DNA from: Dehalococcoidia bacterium | GTDB taxonomy: Bacteria > Chloroflexota > Dehalococcoidia > Bin125 | Assembly: GCA_963663895.2 (NCBI GenBank) | Contig: CAXXRD010000005.1 | Coordinates: 1 to 64,000 of the forward strand | DNA length: 64,000 bases | Direction: 5' to 3' | Shown: one piece after another, positions 1 to 9,813 of the stretch | Layout of the letters: each line of letters opens with the position of its first letter | Position numbering within the stretch: the stretch's first letter is position 1 | The notes under the pieces: model-generated | Database searches by the model: none | Told to the model about the DNA's origin: nothing | The model's input: only the letters and a program-made list of their open reading frames with translations | Position numbers and translations under genes: made by a program

Positions 1-865
1 TGATCGGCTGCTGCCAACGCGCGCACTGCCCGCGGATGCTGACGCCGCTTGGTCCCCATTCGAAAGAGGAGCCAGACTCGCGGGCTACGTCAAGGAGCTT
101 GGCGGCAGCATTCCGCGATACGCCATCGGTGAAATCGGCTAAGAATGACTCCCGTGTGAGCGTCGGTCGCGGCCCGGATATACCGCGAGTGGACGAGGCC
201 GCGATCCTCCCGATGACCCGAGGCACAAGTGTCTGGGTCGACTTGCCCCGGAACTGTTTGATCTCCACCGCCAGCACCTCAATACGCGGCATCTGCGCGT
301 TGAGGAACTCCACAACACCCTTGAGTGGGTCAGGTATTTCATCCGCGACGACAGAAGACGGAGACGTCTCCGGCGAGGTTTGTGGCCACGTTCTCCCAAA
401 AACCGTCAGCATCCGGTTCCCCCGTCCGCCTGCAGCAGTTTTCCAAGCTCTTCACTGGGATCAAGGCCTCGCGCTTTAGCTGAATCCTCAAAGATCCGGC
501 GCAGCTCGTCGGCGGTCCAAGTCTGCGCGGCGTGCGCCGCGTACTCCAACATCTGCCCGACGATGGTGCGGCGGATCTCCCGGATTCGCGCCTCGCTTCA
601 CCTCTACCAAGGTCGGCACGGCGTCTTGGTCGACGATCAGGTGATCAAGTGCCCATCGAGCACCCGTGTCGGGAGTTTCGGCGATTCTCTTTTCGCGAGT
701 GATTAGAATCCAGCGCCGGGGATTGTCGGGGCGTATCTGCTCTCCGTCGAGCAGCTCGAGATGTTGGGCGATCAGCGCTTGTAGCTCGTCCTCGGTCGGG
801 AACGGCCTCTCCTCAAGCGGGTCGAGCGCGCCCCCTGCGCCTCTGGTGTAGATACGCTCGGTCAT
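1..865 (-). CDS. NucS/PD-(D/E)XK-like endonuclease domain protein, broken by several single-base frameshifts and running off the window start
   Basis: ORF 488..865 has WALDHLIVDQDAVPTLVEVKR (D...EVK nuclease motif). Shifting frame at about 581 continues as NPEIRRTIVGQMLEYAAHAAQTWT, and after further shifts as EPDADGFWENVATNL...DEIPDPLK..VVEFLNAQMPRIEVLAVEIKQF. Confidence 0.65.
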
Positions 866-879
866 CGGTCCGCCACCGG

Positions 880-1689
880 CTAGCCGGCGTCGATCCTGCC
901 CAGGAAGACGTCGGTCAATATGTTGGACTGCCGGACCGACGCAGGAGTGCCGTCGTGGGCGACGCGGCCTTTGTCGAGTACGTAGGCCCGGTCCGCGATG
1001 TCCAGGACGCTCTTGATATTGTGCTCGACGACGAAGATGGTTGTCTTCAGTCGCTCGTTAATCTCCGAGATCTTCTCGAAGACCTCTTTGACCACAATGG
1101 GTGCGAGACCGAGGGTCGGTTCGTCGAGCAGCAGCACCTCTGGCCCGGCCATGAGTCCCCTCCCGATCGCCAGCATCTGCTGCTGCCCTCCGGACATCTG
1201 ACTCGCCAGATCGCGGCGCTTCCGGTGCAGGATGGGGAACAGATCCATCACGGCATCCATTCGCTGCGCTTGTTCCGCTTTGTCGTTCAGATGCAAGCAG
1301 CCCATTTCCAAGTTCTCTTCGATGGTGAGGTGGGTGAATACGCGCCTGCCTTGGGGAACGAAAGCGATCCCCTTTCCTTCACGATTTCGTGGGTAGCCAC
1401 GGACAACGGTTCCCGTCGCAAGTAGACGGTTCCACCGACGACCGGCGCGAGTCCCATGATGGCTTTGAGGACGGTGGACTTCCCGGCGCCGTTGGGACCC
1501 ATCACGGCCACCAGCTCCCCCCCGTTGGACTCCGAGAGAGGCTCTGTTCAGAGCGACGACGGCTCCGTAGCGAACGGACACGGCGACCAGTTCCAGGAGC
1601 ATGCTGGCGCCGGACCCGTCGGTTCCGTCGGAAATGCCGGCGGTTGGCTCGGCAGTCGGCTGTGGGGTTACGTCGTCCGTTGTTGCCAT
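880..1689 (-). CDS. livF: Branched-chain amino acid ABC transporter ATP-binding protein (LivF-like), with apparent compensating frameshifts
   Basis: C-terminal part has MSGGQQQMLAIGR and LLLDEPTLGLAP. The Walker A GPNGAGKST lies in a different frame (1287..1511); the shift falls at a 7-C run near 1517-1523. Confidence 0.8.
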   Translation of the reverse strand: MATTDDVTPQPTAEPTAGISDGTDGSGASMLLELVAVSVRYGAVVALNRASLGVQRGGAGGRDGSQRRREVHRPQSHHGTRAGRRWNRLLATGTVVRGYPRNREGKGIAFVPQGRRVFTHLTIEENLEMGCLHLNDKAEQAQRMDAVMDLFPILHRKRRDLASQMSGGQQQMLAIGRGLMAGPEVLLLDEPTLGLAPIVVKEVFEKISEINERLKTTIFVVEHNIKSVLDIADRAYVLDKGRVAHDGTPASVRQSNILTDVFLGRIDAG

Positions 1690-1743
1690 CCGTAGATACC
1701 GTTGCGATCGCCCGGCGTATCGAGATCCAGCTTCGGCGGGGAG

Positions 1744-2507
1744 CTACGCGCCGAGATAGGCTTCGATCACCTCTTCACGATTCAGGACGCCCTCCACCTC
1801 GCCCGCCGTGAGCAGCTTCCCGCTGTCGAGGACGATGATGTGGTCGGACATCTCCCGGACGATGTCCATGATGTGCGAGATGAATACGATCGTGCGGCCC
1901 TCGTCCCGCACCCCTTTCATGATCGCCTTGACCTGCTCCAGCATCTGGGGGAAAAGGCCTGCGAAGGGCTCGTCGAACAGATAGATGTTCACGTCCAACG
2001 CCATGGCGCGGCCGATCTCCAAGAGCTTTCGTTGGCCGTAGGACAGATCCATGGCCAACGCGCGCCGCTTGTCCCACATACCGACGTTCTCAAGAATAGC
2101 CTGCGCCTTTTCTCGGTGGCTGGATTGCGTCCGTTCCAGCATTGCCGGGAAAAGCTTGCGATTGGTGAGTACGACCATGATGTTGTCCCATACGGTGATC
2201 TGATCAAAGAGCCGGACCTCTTGAAAGGTTCTGGTGATTCCGTGATCTGGCGTTTCATGGGCTTTCACGACCTTGAGGCCGACGCCGTCGATGATCACGA
2301 TCCCTCCGTCCAGGGGCAACGTCCCGCTGAGCAGGTTGACGAGGGTCGATTTCCCGGAGCCGTTGGGCCCGACGATGCTGGTCATCCCCTTTCTGGGAAT
2401 GGAGATGGTGAGCTCGTCCACCGCCTTCACGGCACCAAAGAGCTTCGAGATCTCGGACCGGTTTCGAGGGCGGAGGAGTCGCCTGAGGCGGTAGAGGCCG
2501 TCGTCAC
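1744..2507 (-). CDS. livG: Branched-chain amino acid ABC transporter ATP-binding protein (LivG-like)
   Basis: GPNGSGKST, GITRTFQ, LSYGQRKLLEIGRA, DEPFAGL, and a C-terminal VIEAYLG. The start is uncertain; a GTG overlaps the livM stop at 2507. Confidence 0.85.
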
Positions 2508-3553
2508 AGCTTGTACCTCCCAACTAGGCCTTGCGGCCTGAACAGCATAAGCACCACGAGCAAGATACCCAGAACGACCTGCCGGGCTTGGCCGACAAAC
2601 TCACTCGGGAGGAACGGCAGAAAGCGCATCCCTTCTTCCAGCAGGACGAAGGTCATGGCGCCGAGGAGAGAGCCCCAAATGGTGGCTAACCCTCCCAGAA
2701 TGACGATGGAGACCAAGAGAATGGACTCCATCAGCACGAAGGAATTGGGATCGACGAAGGTGGTCCAGCTCCCGAACAAGCCGCCGGCGAGCCCTGCCAT
2801 CATGGCCGAAATGACCCAGATAGCGAGTTTGTAGTGCGTGACTTGGTATCCAAAGACCTCGGTCGCCTGCTCGTCCTCGCGGATCGCGGTTAGGACGCGC
2901 CCAAACGAGGAGGTCATAAGAAGCCAGGCGATCAGGATCACCACCGCCAGCGATACCAAGACCAGAGCCAGAAACTCCAGTTCACCATCGAACACCCACC
3001 CGCCGATAGCGGGTCGTTCTATCTCGTGAATCCCGAACGCTCCTCGGGTGAGGCTGCGCCAATTTAAGAAGACGTTGAAGGCGATGGTGGCGAAGCCAAA
3101 GGAGACCAGGACATAGATGTCGTCCCTGAACCGGTTGAACACGATGCCGACCACCACGGCCACCAGGCCGGCCACGCCGATACTGACCGGCAGCGCGGCG
3201 AAGAAGGGCCAGCCCAGCGTGGGGATGGCTTCCGTTCGTAGCTGCTCGTAGGCCGCGTCTGAGGTGAGGATGGCCATCGCGTAGGCGCCGATGCCGAAGA
3301 ATCCGATGTGGGCGACCGACAACAACCCGGTAAACCCCACCACCAGGTTCAGGCTGACCGATAGGATCGCCCAGATGGCGAAGACCGTCCCCACGGTGAT
3401 GGCGAAGCCCACACCTTGCCAGAGAGCGAACGCCACCGCCCAGGAGATAATGAGCAAGTTCACCCAGAACTCGAGGTTGCTTCTGCTCAAGCGCAGGCAG
3501 TCCTTGGGATCGCGCGAAAGTCGGATGATGTCTCCTATAACCGGCAGTTCCAT
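2504..3553 (-). CDS. livM: Branched-chain amino acid ABC transporter permease (LivM-like)
   Basis: Hydrophobic protein with SLNLVVGFTGLLSVAH, FGRVLTAIREDE, VILGGLATIWG and FRPQGLVG. Confidence 0.9.
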   Translation of the reverse strand: MELPVIGDIIRLSRDPKDCLRLSRSNLEFWVNLLIISWAVAFALWQGVGFAITVGTVFAIWAILSVSLNLVVGFTGLLSVAHIGFFGIGAYAMAILTSDAAYEQLRTEAIPTLGWPFFAALPVSIGVAGLVAVVVGIVFNRFRDDIYVLVSFGFATIAFNVFLNWRSLTRGAFGIHEIERPAIGGWVFDGELEFLALVLVSLAVVILIAWLLMTSSFGRVLTAIREDEQATEVFGYQVTHYKLAIWVISAMMAGLAGGLFGSWTTFVDPNSFVLMESILLVSIVILGGLATIWGSLLGAMTFVLLEEGMRFLPFLPSEFVGQARQVVLGILLVVLMLFRPQGLVGRYKL

Positions 3554-3563
3554 CAGAGCATGC

Positions 3564-4913
3564 TTATCTCTTGGGCAAGAGCCCCAGGGGCCAGAACGAT
3601 AGGAAGAGGATCAGAACGACGAAGGAGATGACGTCCTTCCATTCACCGGCGAGATCCCAAATGCCGAACTGCTCGATCATGCCCAAGATGAATCCACCGA
3701 CGATGGCGCCGTAGAGGTTGCCGATTCCCCCAACCACGGAGGCGATCCAGCCTTTCAGCAAAAGTAAGAGCCCTAATCTGGGTTGGATGGCGGTATCGTG
3801 CCCGCTCAGGAGGCCGGCCAGCGCCGCGAAGGCCGCCCCTATAAAGAACACGATGGCGATGATGACGGTCGTGTTTATCCCCACGACCTTTGATACTTCT
3901 TCATCGTCACCAATGGCTCGCACCATTCTTCCGAAACGGGTCTTTTTGAGCAGCAGCAGCAGGCCGACGAATCCAGCGATGGCCATGCCGATGCTGAAGA
4001 CGTTGAATCCCTTGATAGTGGCTTCCCCGATGGTCCACGGTTCGTTTCCAAACGGTTCCGGAAGGGGATGCGGCGTGCTTTGGAAAACGATGACGATGAA
4101 GGCCGTGATGGCGAGCAGGATGCCCAGTGAAGCGACGAGCATGACCAACGGAGATCGGGCCCGTTGCCGCATATAAACGTATAAGCCTCGGTAAAGCGCT
4201 AGACCGACGGCCCCTGCCAACAGGCAGGAGAGGGCCCAACTCAGGTACAGCTTGGCTCCGGGAGCGTTCGCTACTAGGAAGCCGCAATATGCCCCGATGG
4301 CCGCCGCCGCACCCGCGCTCATGATGAGGAGAGCCCGGTGCTCGGCGTCTCTCCAAATACGGCGGCATCCTCTCTGGAGCGCCCAGCTCGCGGCCAGCGC
4401 CACCAGTACGCCGACGAGGGGGCTCAGAGCAATGTGGAGGTGGTCCGGATACGTGAGGACGAGTCCCGTGTAAACTCCTGCCGCTCCGGAGAGCACGCCT
4501 CCGCCGGCGCGCAAGGCGGGTGGGCTGAAGCGAGATCGGAGCCGGCGGTAGAAGGCGACGTGAAGGGCCCAGGCGACCACTCCAGCGATGACCACGGCGA
4601 AGACGCCATTCACATAGGGACTATTCACCGCATGCTGGCCGCCCAGGACCTCTTGACCTCTGAGGTAGAAAACGCCGTAGGCCCCCAAGGCGGCAGCGGC
4701 TCCGTAGTACAGATCAAAGAACCAGACCGTGCTGTAAACGATGGTGAACCCCAGCGCCAGCAGCGCATACACGGCGCCGACGGAGAGGCCGTTGAAAGCG
4801 AACTGCAGGGCTTGGTTCGGGGATTGGCCGATTTTCCAGCCGACGTAGGCCGTGACGAGGGTGATCAGTACGACCGCGAGCAGCTTGCGCCGGTCGGAGA
4901 AGTTGCTAAGCAA
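3564..4913 (-). CDS. livH: Branched-chain amino acid ABC transporter permease (LivH-like) with a large hydrophobic insertion
   Basis: NGLSVGAVYALLALGFTIVY, TRFGRMVRAI, VVGGIGNLYGA and PLGLL motifs. Confidence 0.85.
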   Translation of the reverse strand: MLSNFSDRRKLLAVVLITLVTAYVGWKIGQSPNQALQFAFNGLSVGAVYALLALGFTIVYSTVWFFDLYYGAAAALGAYGVFYLRGQEVLGGQHAVNSPYVNGVFAVVIAGVVAWALHVAFYRRLRSRFSPPALRAGGGVLSGAAGVYTGLVLTYPDHLHIALSPLVGVLVALAASWALQRGCRRIWRDAEHRALLIMSAGAAAAIGAYCGFLVANAPGAKLYLSWALSCLLAGAVGLALYRGLYVYMRQRARSPLVMLVASLGILLAITAFIVIVFQSTPHPLPEPFGNEPWTIGEATIKGFNVFSIGMAIAGFVGLLLLLKKTRFGRMVRAIGDDEEVSKVVGINTTVIIAIVFFIGAAFAALAGLLSGHDTAIQPRLGLLLLLKGWIASVVGGIGNLYGAIVGGFILGMIEQFGIWDLAGEWKDVISFVVLILFLSFWPLGLLPKR

Positions 4914-5047
4914 CTGGGCCGCTCGCGTCGAAGTCAGTGGGTGCTGACAGCGCTATGGATCCGCCGGATCGCCCTCTCGGACCACCCTCTCGACGTTGGG
5001 GAGGCACCGCTGGTCACCCCCTGGGTCTTTTGGCAGCGTGATCGCGG

Positions 5048-6235
5048 CTACTCGGCGGGAGCGCTGCCCAACACGCGGTAGCCTTGGTTGTCCGGCGTCC
5101 TCTCGGCCAGCGGCAGGACCTCTACGACGACGTTGGCAAGGCCGACAACCTCACCATCTTGGTCGAAGCTGTAGTCGTCCCCAATGGCGCCGCTCCAGGT
5201 GATCCCATACATGCAGTCTCGGAATCCGTCCGCGTCCTGGTCGTCGTCGGTCTGCTTGAGGCACTCGGCTGCGATATAGACGTTGTCGTATGCCGAGCCC
5301 AGGTACCATGGCAGTGTGACGTAGTCGTAGCGGCTCCTGAAATTTGTAAGGACTTCCTGACCTTTGGCGTTGGCAGGATCGAGGTCCGTGATGATCGCCT
5401 TCGTGCCGGTGGCGGCCTCGCCGGCGACCTCTAAGGCGGTTGTCCCGATCGCTACGACTTCTCCATAGATGGGGCCGTCATAGCCCAGCTCCCTGGCCTG
5501 CTTAATGATGGTCCCGCCGGCAAACTCGGCCTGGGCGGCGACGTGCAGGGCGTCGGGATTTTCGTTGAACAGCTTTGTCAGCGGGGTCCGGAAGTCGGTG
5601 GTATCGGATGGGTAGCGCTCTTCGCCCACCACTTGCCCGCCCCGCTTCTGGAATTGGTCGACGGTGGTGCGGCGCACGCCCTCGGCGTAGTCGGTTGCCT
5701 CGGTGATCGTGGCCAAGTTGCGGATCCCATCAGCCCAGAGCACGTTGCCGGTGTCGACGCCCAATAGCGCATCACTCAGAGAGGTTCGGAAGATATAGTC
5801 CCCGGCGTTCGCAATGTCCGGGTTGGTTGCCAGCCCGGAGAAGAGGATCACCCCGTCCTCTTCGGCGAGAGGCGCGGCGCCGAGCATGGCGCCGCTGCAG
5901 GAGGTCCCAAGGATGATCTTGACGCCATCCACATCGGTCAGCTTGTTATAGGCGGTAATCGAGTCTTGGGCGTTGCATTTCGAGTCCTCAATGATGAGTT
6001 CCAGCATGCGCCCGTTGATGCCGCCGCCGGCGTTGATCTCGTCCGCCGCCATCTGTTTGGCTTGCACGGCTGCGGTGCCGTAGGTTTCGCCCGGGCCCGT
6101 GAGCGATTCCATGACCCCGATCTTAAAAGTCTCCCCTTCCTCCTCCTCGCCGCCGCAAGCAAAGGCGACCAGCGCGAGGGCTGACAGTACGCCTAGGGAA
6201 GCCACCCACTTCTTGGGCAACGCGCGCATGGCCAA
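5048..6235 (-). CDS. livK: Liv-type ABC transporter substrate-binding lipoprotein
   Basis: Lipobox-like LVAFAC, then KIGVMESLTGPGETYG and ADEINAGGGINGR. It is the first gene of the operon. Confidence 0.85.
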   Translation of the reverse strand: MAMRALPKKWVASLGVLSALALVAFACGGEEEEGETFKIGVMESLTGPGETYGTAAVQAKQMAADEINAGGGINGRMLELIIEDSKCNAQDSITAYNKLTDVDGVKIILGTSCSGAMLGAAPLAEEDGVILFSGLATNPDIANAGDYIFRTSLSDALLGVDTGNVLWADGIRNLATITEATDYAEGVRRTTVDQFQKRGGQVVGEERYPSDTTDFRTPLTKLFNENPDALHVAAQAEFAGGTIIKQARELGYDGPIYGEVVAIGTTALEVAGEAATGTKAIITDLDPANAKGQEVLTNFRSRYDYVTLPWYLGSAYDNVYIAAECLKQTDDDQDADGFRDCMYGITWSGAIGDDYSFDQDGEVVGLANVVVEVLPLAERTPDNQGYRVLGSAPAE

Positions 6236-6336
6236 CTCCCCTCAAGTAGGACTGATTCCCAGCCTATACCCCACGCTTCTACCACTGATCGAATTGGGAC
6301 CGCAAGTACGGCGACGGGGTAGGCGCTGGTTGGACG

Positions 6337-6412
6337 TGGTGGAGCTGGGGGGACTCGAACCCCCGGCCTTTTGACTGCCAGTCAAACGCTCTCCCAGCTG
6401 AGCTACAGCCCC
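6337..6412 (-). tRNA. tRNA-Ala(GGC)
   Basis: Minus strand reads GGGGCTGTAGCTCAGCTGGGAGAGCG-TTTGA-CTGGCAG-TCAAA...GGTTCGAGTCC...CTCCACCA: cloverleaf, encoded CCA, G3:U70 Ala determinant. Confidence 0.97.
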
Positions 6413-6538
6413 ACGGCGATTGCGCCGGTCCATCGTAGGAGGGGGGCGATCGCACGGCAACGGCGGAGGGGGTCGGGCGCTTGACGTGAGATCGCCGGGT
6501 GGTGATGCTTCGTTCGAAGCTGAGCATCTGCAGATAGG

Positions 6539-7771
6539 GTGAGCGCAGTGAGTTCCGACTGTCCGCTGGCATTGACGGGGATTCGCGTGTTGGATCTGTC
6601 GCGGCTGACGCCGGGGCCGTATGGGTCGATGCTGCTGGGGGATATGGGAGCGGATGTGATCATGGTGGAGGAGGCAGGGAGGCCGTCGGGGCGCCGGGCT
6701 GGACGGAAGCTGCAGGCGACGGTGCGAGGCGATGACTACTCGGAGGAGGGCCGGCGGCAGGCGGCGTACTACGCGCTGGGGCGGAACAAACGCTCGATCC
6801 GGATCAACCTGAAGAGCGCCGCGGGGCAAGAGGTGTTCTACCGCTTGGCGGCCGGTGCGGACGTGGTCCTGGAAGGATTCCGTCCCGGGGTGGCGCGGCG
6901 GCTGGGGGTCGATTACGCGACCCTGTCGGCGCGGAACCCGCGATTGGTGTACTGCTCCCTGAGTGGATACGGGCAGACGGGGCCGTACACGCAGTTGGTA
7001 GGGCACGACATTAACTACGTGAGCATCGGCGGGGCACTGGGGATGATCGGGCGGCAAGGTCGCCCGCCCGCGATTCCGATGAACACGATCGCGGACTACG
7101 CGGGCGGGGGGCTGATGGCGGCCTTCGCGATCTGCGTCGCGCTGCTGGCGCGTCGGCGAACGGGGCGTGGGCAGTACATCGATCTGGCGATGTCGGATGG
7201 GGTGCTGTCACTGCTGACGGGGATCGGGGCGCTGCACTTCTCCGAAGGGCTGGAGCTGGAGCCGGAGTCGCATCGGATGAACGGGGGCGAGGCCTACTAC
7301 AACACCTACGAGACGGCGGATGGGAAGTGGATCAGCATCGGCTCGGTGGAGCCGTGGTTCTTCGCGCGGCTGTGCGAGATCTTGGGGCGGCCGGCGTACG
7401 CGGAGGTGCAGTACGACGCGGCGAAGCGCGAAGAGATCAAGGGGTACCTGCGGGAGCGATTTAAGACGAAGACGCGGGCGGAATGGTTTGCGCTTCTGCA
7501 AGAGGAGGATGTGTGTGTGGCCCCGGTGTATACGCTGGAGGAGGCGTTCGCCGACCCGCATGCGCGGGCGCGGGGGATGGTGGCGGAGCTGTCGGCGGCG
7601 GGGATCGGGATGGTGCGGCAGGTGGGAGTAGGGCCGAAGCTTTCCGAGACGCCCGGGCAAGTGCGCGCCCCCGCGCCGCTTCCTGGGCAGCATACGGATG
7701 AGCTGCTCAGGGAGTGCGGCTACGAGGCGGAGACGATCGCGGCCTATCGGGCAGAAGAGGTCGTCGCCTGA
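6539..7771 (+). CDS. CaiB/BaiF family III CoA-transferase / alpha-methylacyl-CoA racemase-like, copy 1
   Basis: LTGIRVLDLSRL, GRNKRSI, ADVVLEGFRPGV, GHDINY, ADYAGGG and PGQHT motifs. Confidence 0.92.
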   Translation: MSAVSSDCPLALTGIRVLDLSRLTPGPYGSMLLGDMGADVIMVEEAGRPSGRRAGRKLQATVRGDDYSEEGRRQAAYYALGRNKRSIRINLKSAAGQEVFYRLAAGADVVLEGFRPGVARRLGVDYATLSARNPRLVYCSLSGYGQTGPYTQLVGHDINYVSIGGALGMIGRQGRPPAIPMNTIADYAGGGLMAAFAICVALLARRRTGRGQYIDLAMSDGVLSLLTGIGALHFSEGLELEPESHRMNGGEAYYNTYETADGKWISIGSVEPWFFARLCEILGRPAYAEVQYDAAKREEIKGYLRERFKTKTRAEWFALLQEEDVCVAPVYTLEEAFADPHARARGMVAELSAAGIGMVRQVGVGPKLSETPGQVRAPAPLPGQHTDELLRECGYEAETIAAYRAEEVVA

Positions 7772-8997
7772 TGCCGGGCGAGGCGCTGGGGGCGCTGGAA
7801 GGGATCCGGGTGCTGGATCTGTCGCGGCTGGCGCCGGGACCGTATGGATCGATGCTGCTGGGGGACATGGGGGCGGAGGTGATCTTGGTGGAAGAAGCGG
7901 GGAGGCCCTCGGGACGGCGGGCCGGCCGGCAACGCCCCGACGTCCGGGGGGATAACGAGACGGCAGAGGGGCGCCGGCGGACGGCGTACAACGCGTTCGG
8001 GCGGAACAAGCGCTCGATCCGCATCAATCTGAAGAGCACGGAAGGGCGGGAGCTGTTCTACCGGTTGGTCGATGATGCCGACGTGGTGCTGGAAGGGTAT
8101 CGGCCGGGGGTGAGCGAGCGGCTGGGGGTGGATTACGCCACGCTGTCGGCGCGGAACCCGCGGCTGGTGTACTGCTCGATCAGTGGCTACGGACAGGATG
8201 GACCCTATCGAGACATGGTGGGACACGATATTAACTACATCGCCATGGCGGGGGCGCTGGGGATGATCGGGCGCAAGGGAACGCCGCCCGCGATCCCGGT
8301 GAACGTGATCGCGGACTACGCGGGGGGCGGATTGATGGCGGCCTTCGCGATCACGGTGGCCCTGTTGGCGCGCGAGGAGACGGGGCGGGGGCAATACGTG
8401 GACATGGCGATGACGGAAGGGGTGATGTCGCTGATCACGGGGCTGGCGAGCACGTTCTTCGCGGATGGCGCGGCGATCGCGCCCGAGGAGCACCGGCTGA
8501 ACGGCGGGTGGGCGTACTACAACGTGTACGAAACGGCGGACGGCAAGTGGCTGAGTATCGGCTCGGTGGAGCCGTGGTTCTTCGCGCGACTGTGCGAGAT
8601 TCTGGGCCGGCCGGAGTATGGGGCGCACCAGTACAGCACGGACGCGGCGCTGCGGAATGAGATGGCCGCGTACTTCCGTGCGCAGTTCAAGACGAAGACG
8701 CGCGACGCATGGTTTCAGACGCTATTCGACGAGGACATCTGCGTGGCGCCGGTGTACTCGCTGAGTGAGGCGTTCGCCGACTCGCACAACCGGGAGCGAG
8801 GCATGGTGGTGGAACTGGAGGCGCCCGGAGTGGGAGCGGTGAAGCAGGTGGGGGTGGCGCCCAAGTTTTCGGAGACGCCGGGGCGGGTGCGGCACACGGC
8901 GCCGTATCCGGGACAGGACACGGACGCGATCCTGGGATCACTCGGGGTGGAGGCGTCGGTGATCGCGGACCTGCGGGCGCGGGAGGTCGTGGCCTAG
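7771..8997 (+). CDS. CaiB/BaiF family III CoA-transferase / alpha-methylacyl-CoA racemase-like, copy 2
   Basis: Same motif set as copy 1. Its ATG at 7771 overlaps the TGA of copy 1 (TGATG). Confidence 0.92.
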   Translation: MPGEALGALEGIRVLDLSRLAPGPYGSMLLGDMGAEVILVEEAGRPSGRRAGRQRPDVRGDNETAEGRRRTAYNAFGRNKRSIRINLKSTEGRELFYRLVDDADVVLEGYRPGVSERLGVDYATLSARNPRLVYCSISGYGQDGPYRDMVGHDINYIAMAGALGMIGRKGTPPAIPVNVIADYAGGGLMAAFAITVALLAREETGRGQYVDMAMTEGVMSLITGLASTFFADGAAIAPEEHRLNGGWAYYNVYETADGKWLSIGSVEPWFFARLCEILGRPEYGAHQYSTDAALRNEMAAYFRAQFKTKTRDAWFQTLFDEDICVAPVYSLSEAFADSHNRERGMVVELEAPGVGAVKQVGVAPKFSETPGRVRHTAPYPGQDTDAILGSLGVEASVIADLRAREVVA

Positions 8998-9129
8998 AGC
9001 GAGGGTGTGCGACGGGCGCTCCCCCGCGCGGCGAGTCCCTGCGGCCATCGCCATTGAGCGGTCTCAGGGTATCGCTGCCTGCAGGTTGCGGGCGCGCGTC
9101 CTGGAAAAATTCGGCTGCGAGCGGCAGGT

Positions 9130-9804
9130 TCAGCCCGCGAGGACCTGGCCGTCGCGGATCTCGACGAGCCGGTCCGCGCGCCGTGCCATGCGGTCGTCAT
9201 GCGTCACCATGATGCAGGCCTTGTTGCGGACGTGCACCTCGTTCACGAGTGCGTCGACGACGCGGATTCCCAGTTCCAGGTTCAGACTCGCGGTGGGCTC
9301 GTCGACGAGGAGCAGGGCGGGATCGCGCATGAGCGCCCGGGCGATCGCGACCCGCTGGCGCTCGCCGCCCGAGAGGCGGGTGGCAAGCTGGTCGCGGACG
9401 CCGGTCAGTTCGAGTTTTTCCAAGAGGTCGTTGGCTCGGCGGCGGAGCGCGGATCGGTCGATCCCGCCGAAGTCGCCGACGAGGAGCAGATTCTCGCGTG
9501 CCGTGAGGAACGGCACCATGTTGCTGCCCTGGAAGACGAACCCAACCCGATCGCGCCGGTAGCGGGTCCGCGCCCTGGCGCCGTAGCGCGTGATGTCCTC
9601 CCCGTCGACGGTAATTGCGCCCGACGTGGGGGAGAGCAGGGCCCCGGCCAGCGCGAGCAGCGTGGACTTACCGGAGCCCGAGGGACCGGCCAGCGCAACC
9701 ACATCGCCACGCCCGACATCGAAAGTGACCCCGCGCACCGCGTCGACGCGGTGGGAACCTTCGCCGAAGGACTTGGAGACGCCGCGAAGCTGAAGGATGG
9801 TCAC
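9130..9804 (-). CDS. ABC transporter ATP-binding protein (LolD/MacB/HrtA-like)
   Basis: GPSGSGKST, VGFVFQ, LSGGERQRVAIARAL, DEPTASL and MVTHD. Confidence 0.9.
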   Translation of the reverse strand: MTILQLRGVSKSFGEGSHRVDAVRGVTFDVGRGDVVALAGPSGSGKSTLLALAGALLSPTSGAITVDGEDITRYGARARTRYRRDRVGFVFQGSNMVPFLTARENLLLVGDFGGIDRSALRRRANDLLEKLELTGVRDQLATRLSGGERQRVAIARALMRDPALLLVDEPTASLNLELGIRVVDALVNEVHVRNKACIMVTHDDRMARRADRLVEIRDGQVLAG

Positions 9805-9813
9805 GAAGCGCCT

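Noticed and set aside
300-2520. Multiple frameshifts in the NucS-like gene, livF and the livG 5' end as programmed frameshifting or true pseudogenisation
   Set aside because: The shifts cluster near the window start, several fall in homopolymer runs, and the flanking protein motifs are intact. Assembly indels are the simpler explanation; reads are needed to decide.
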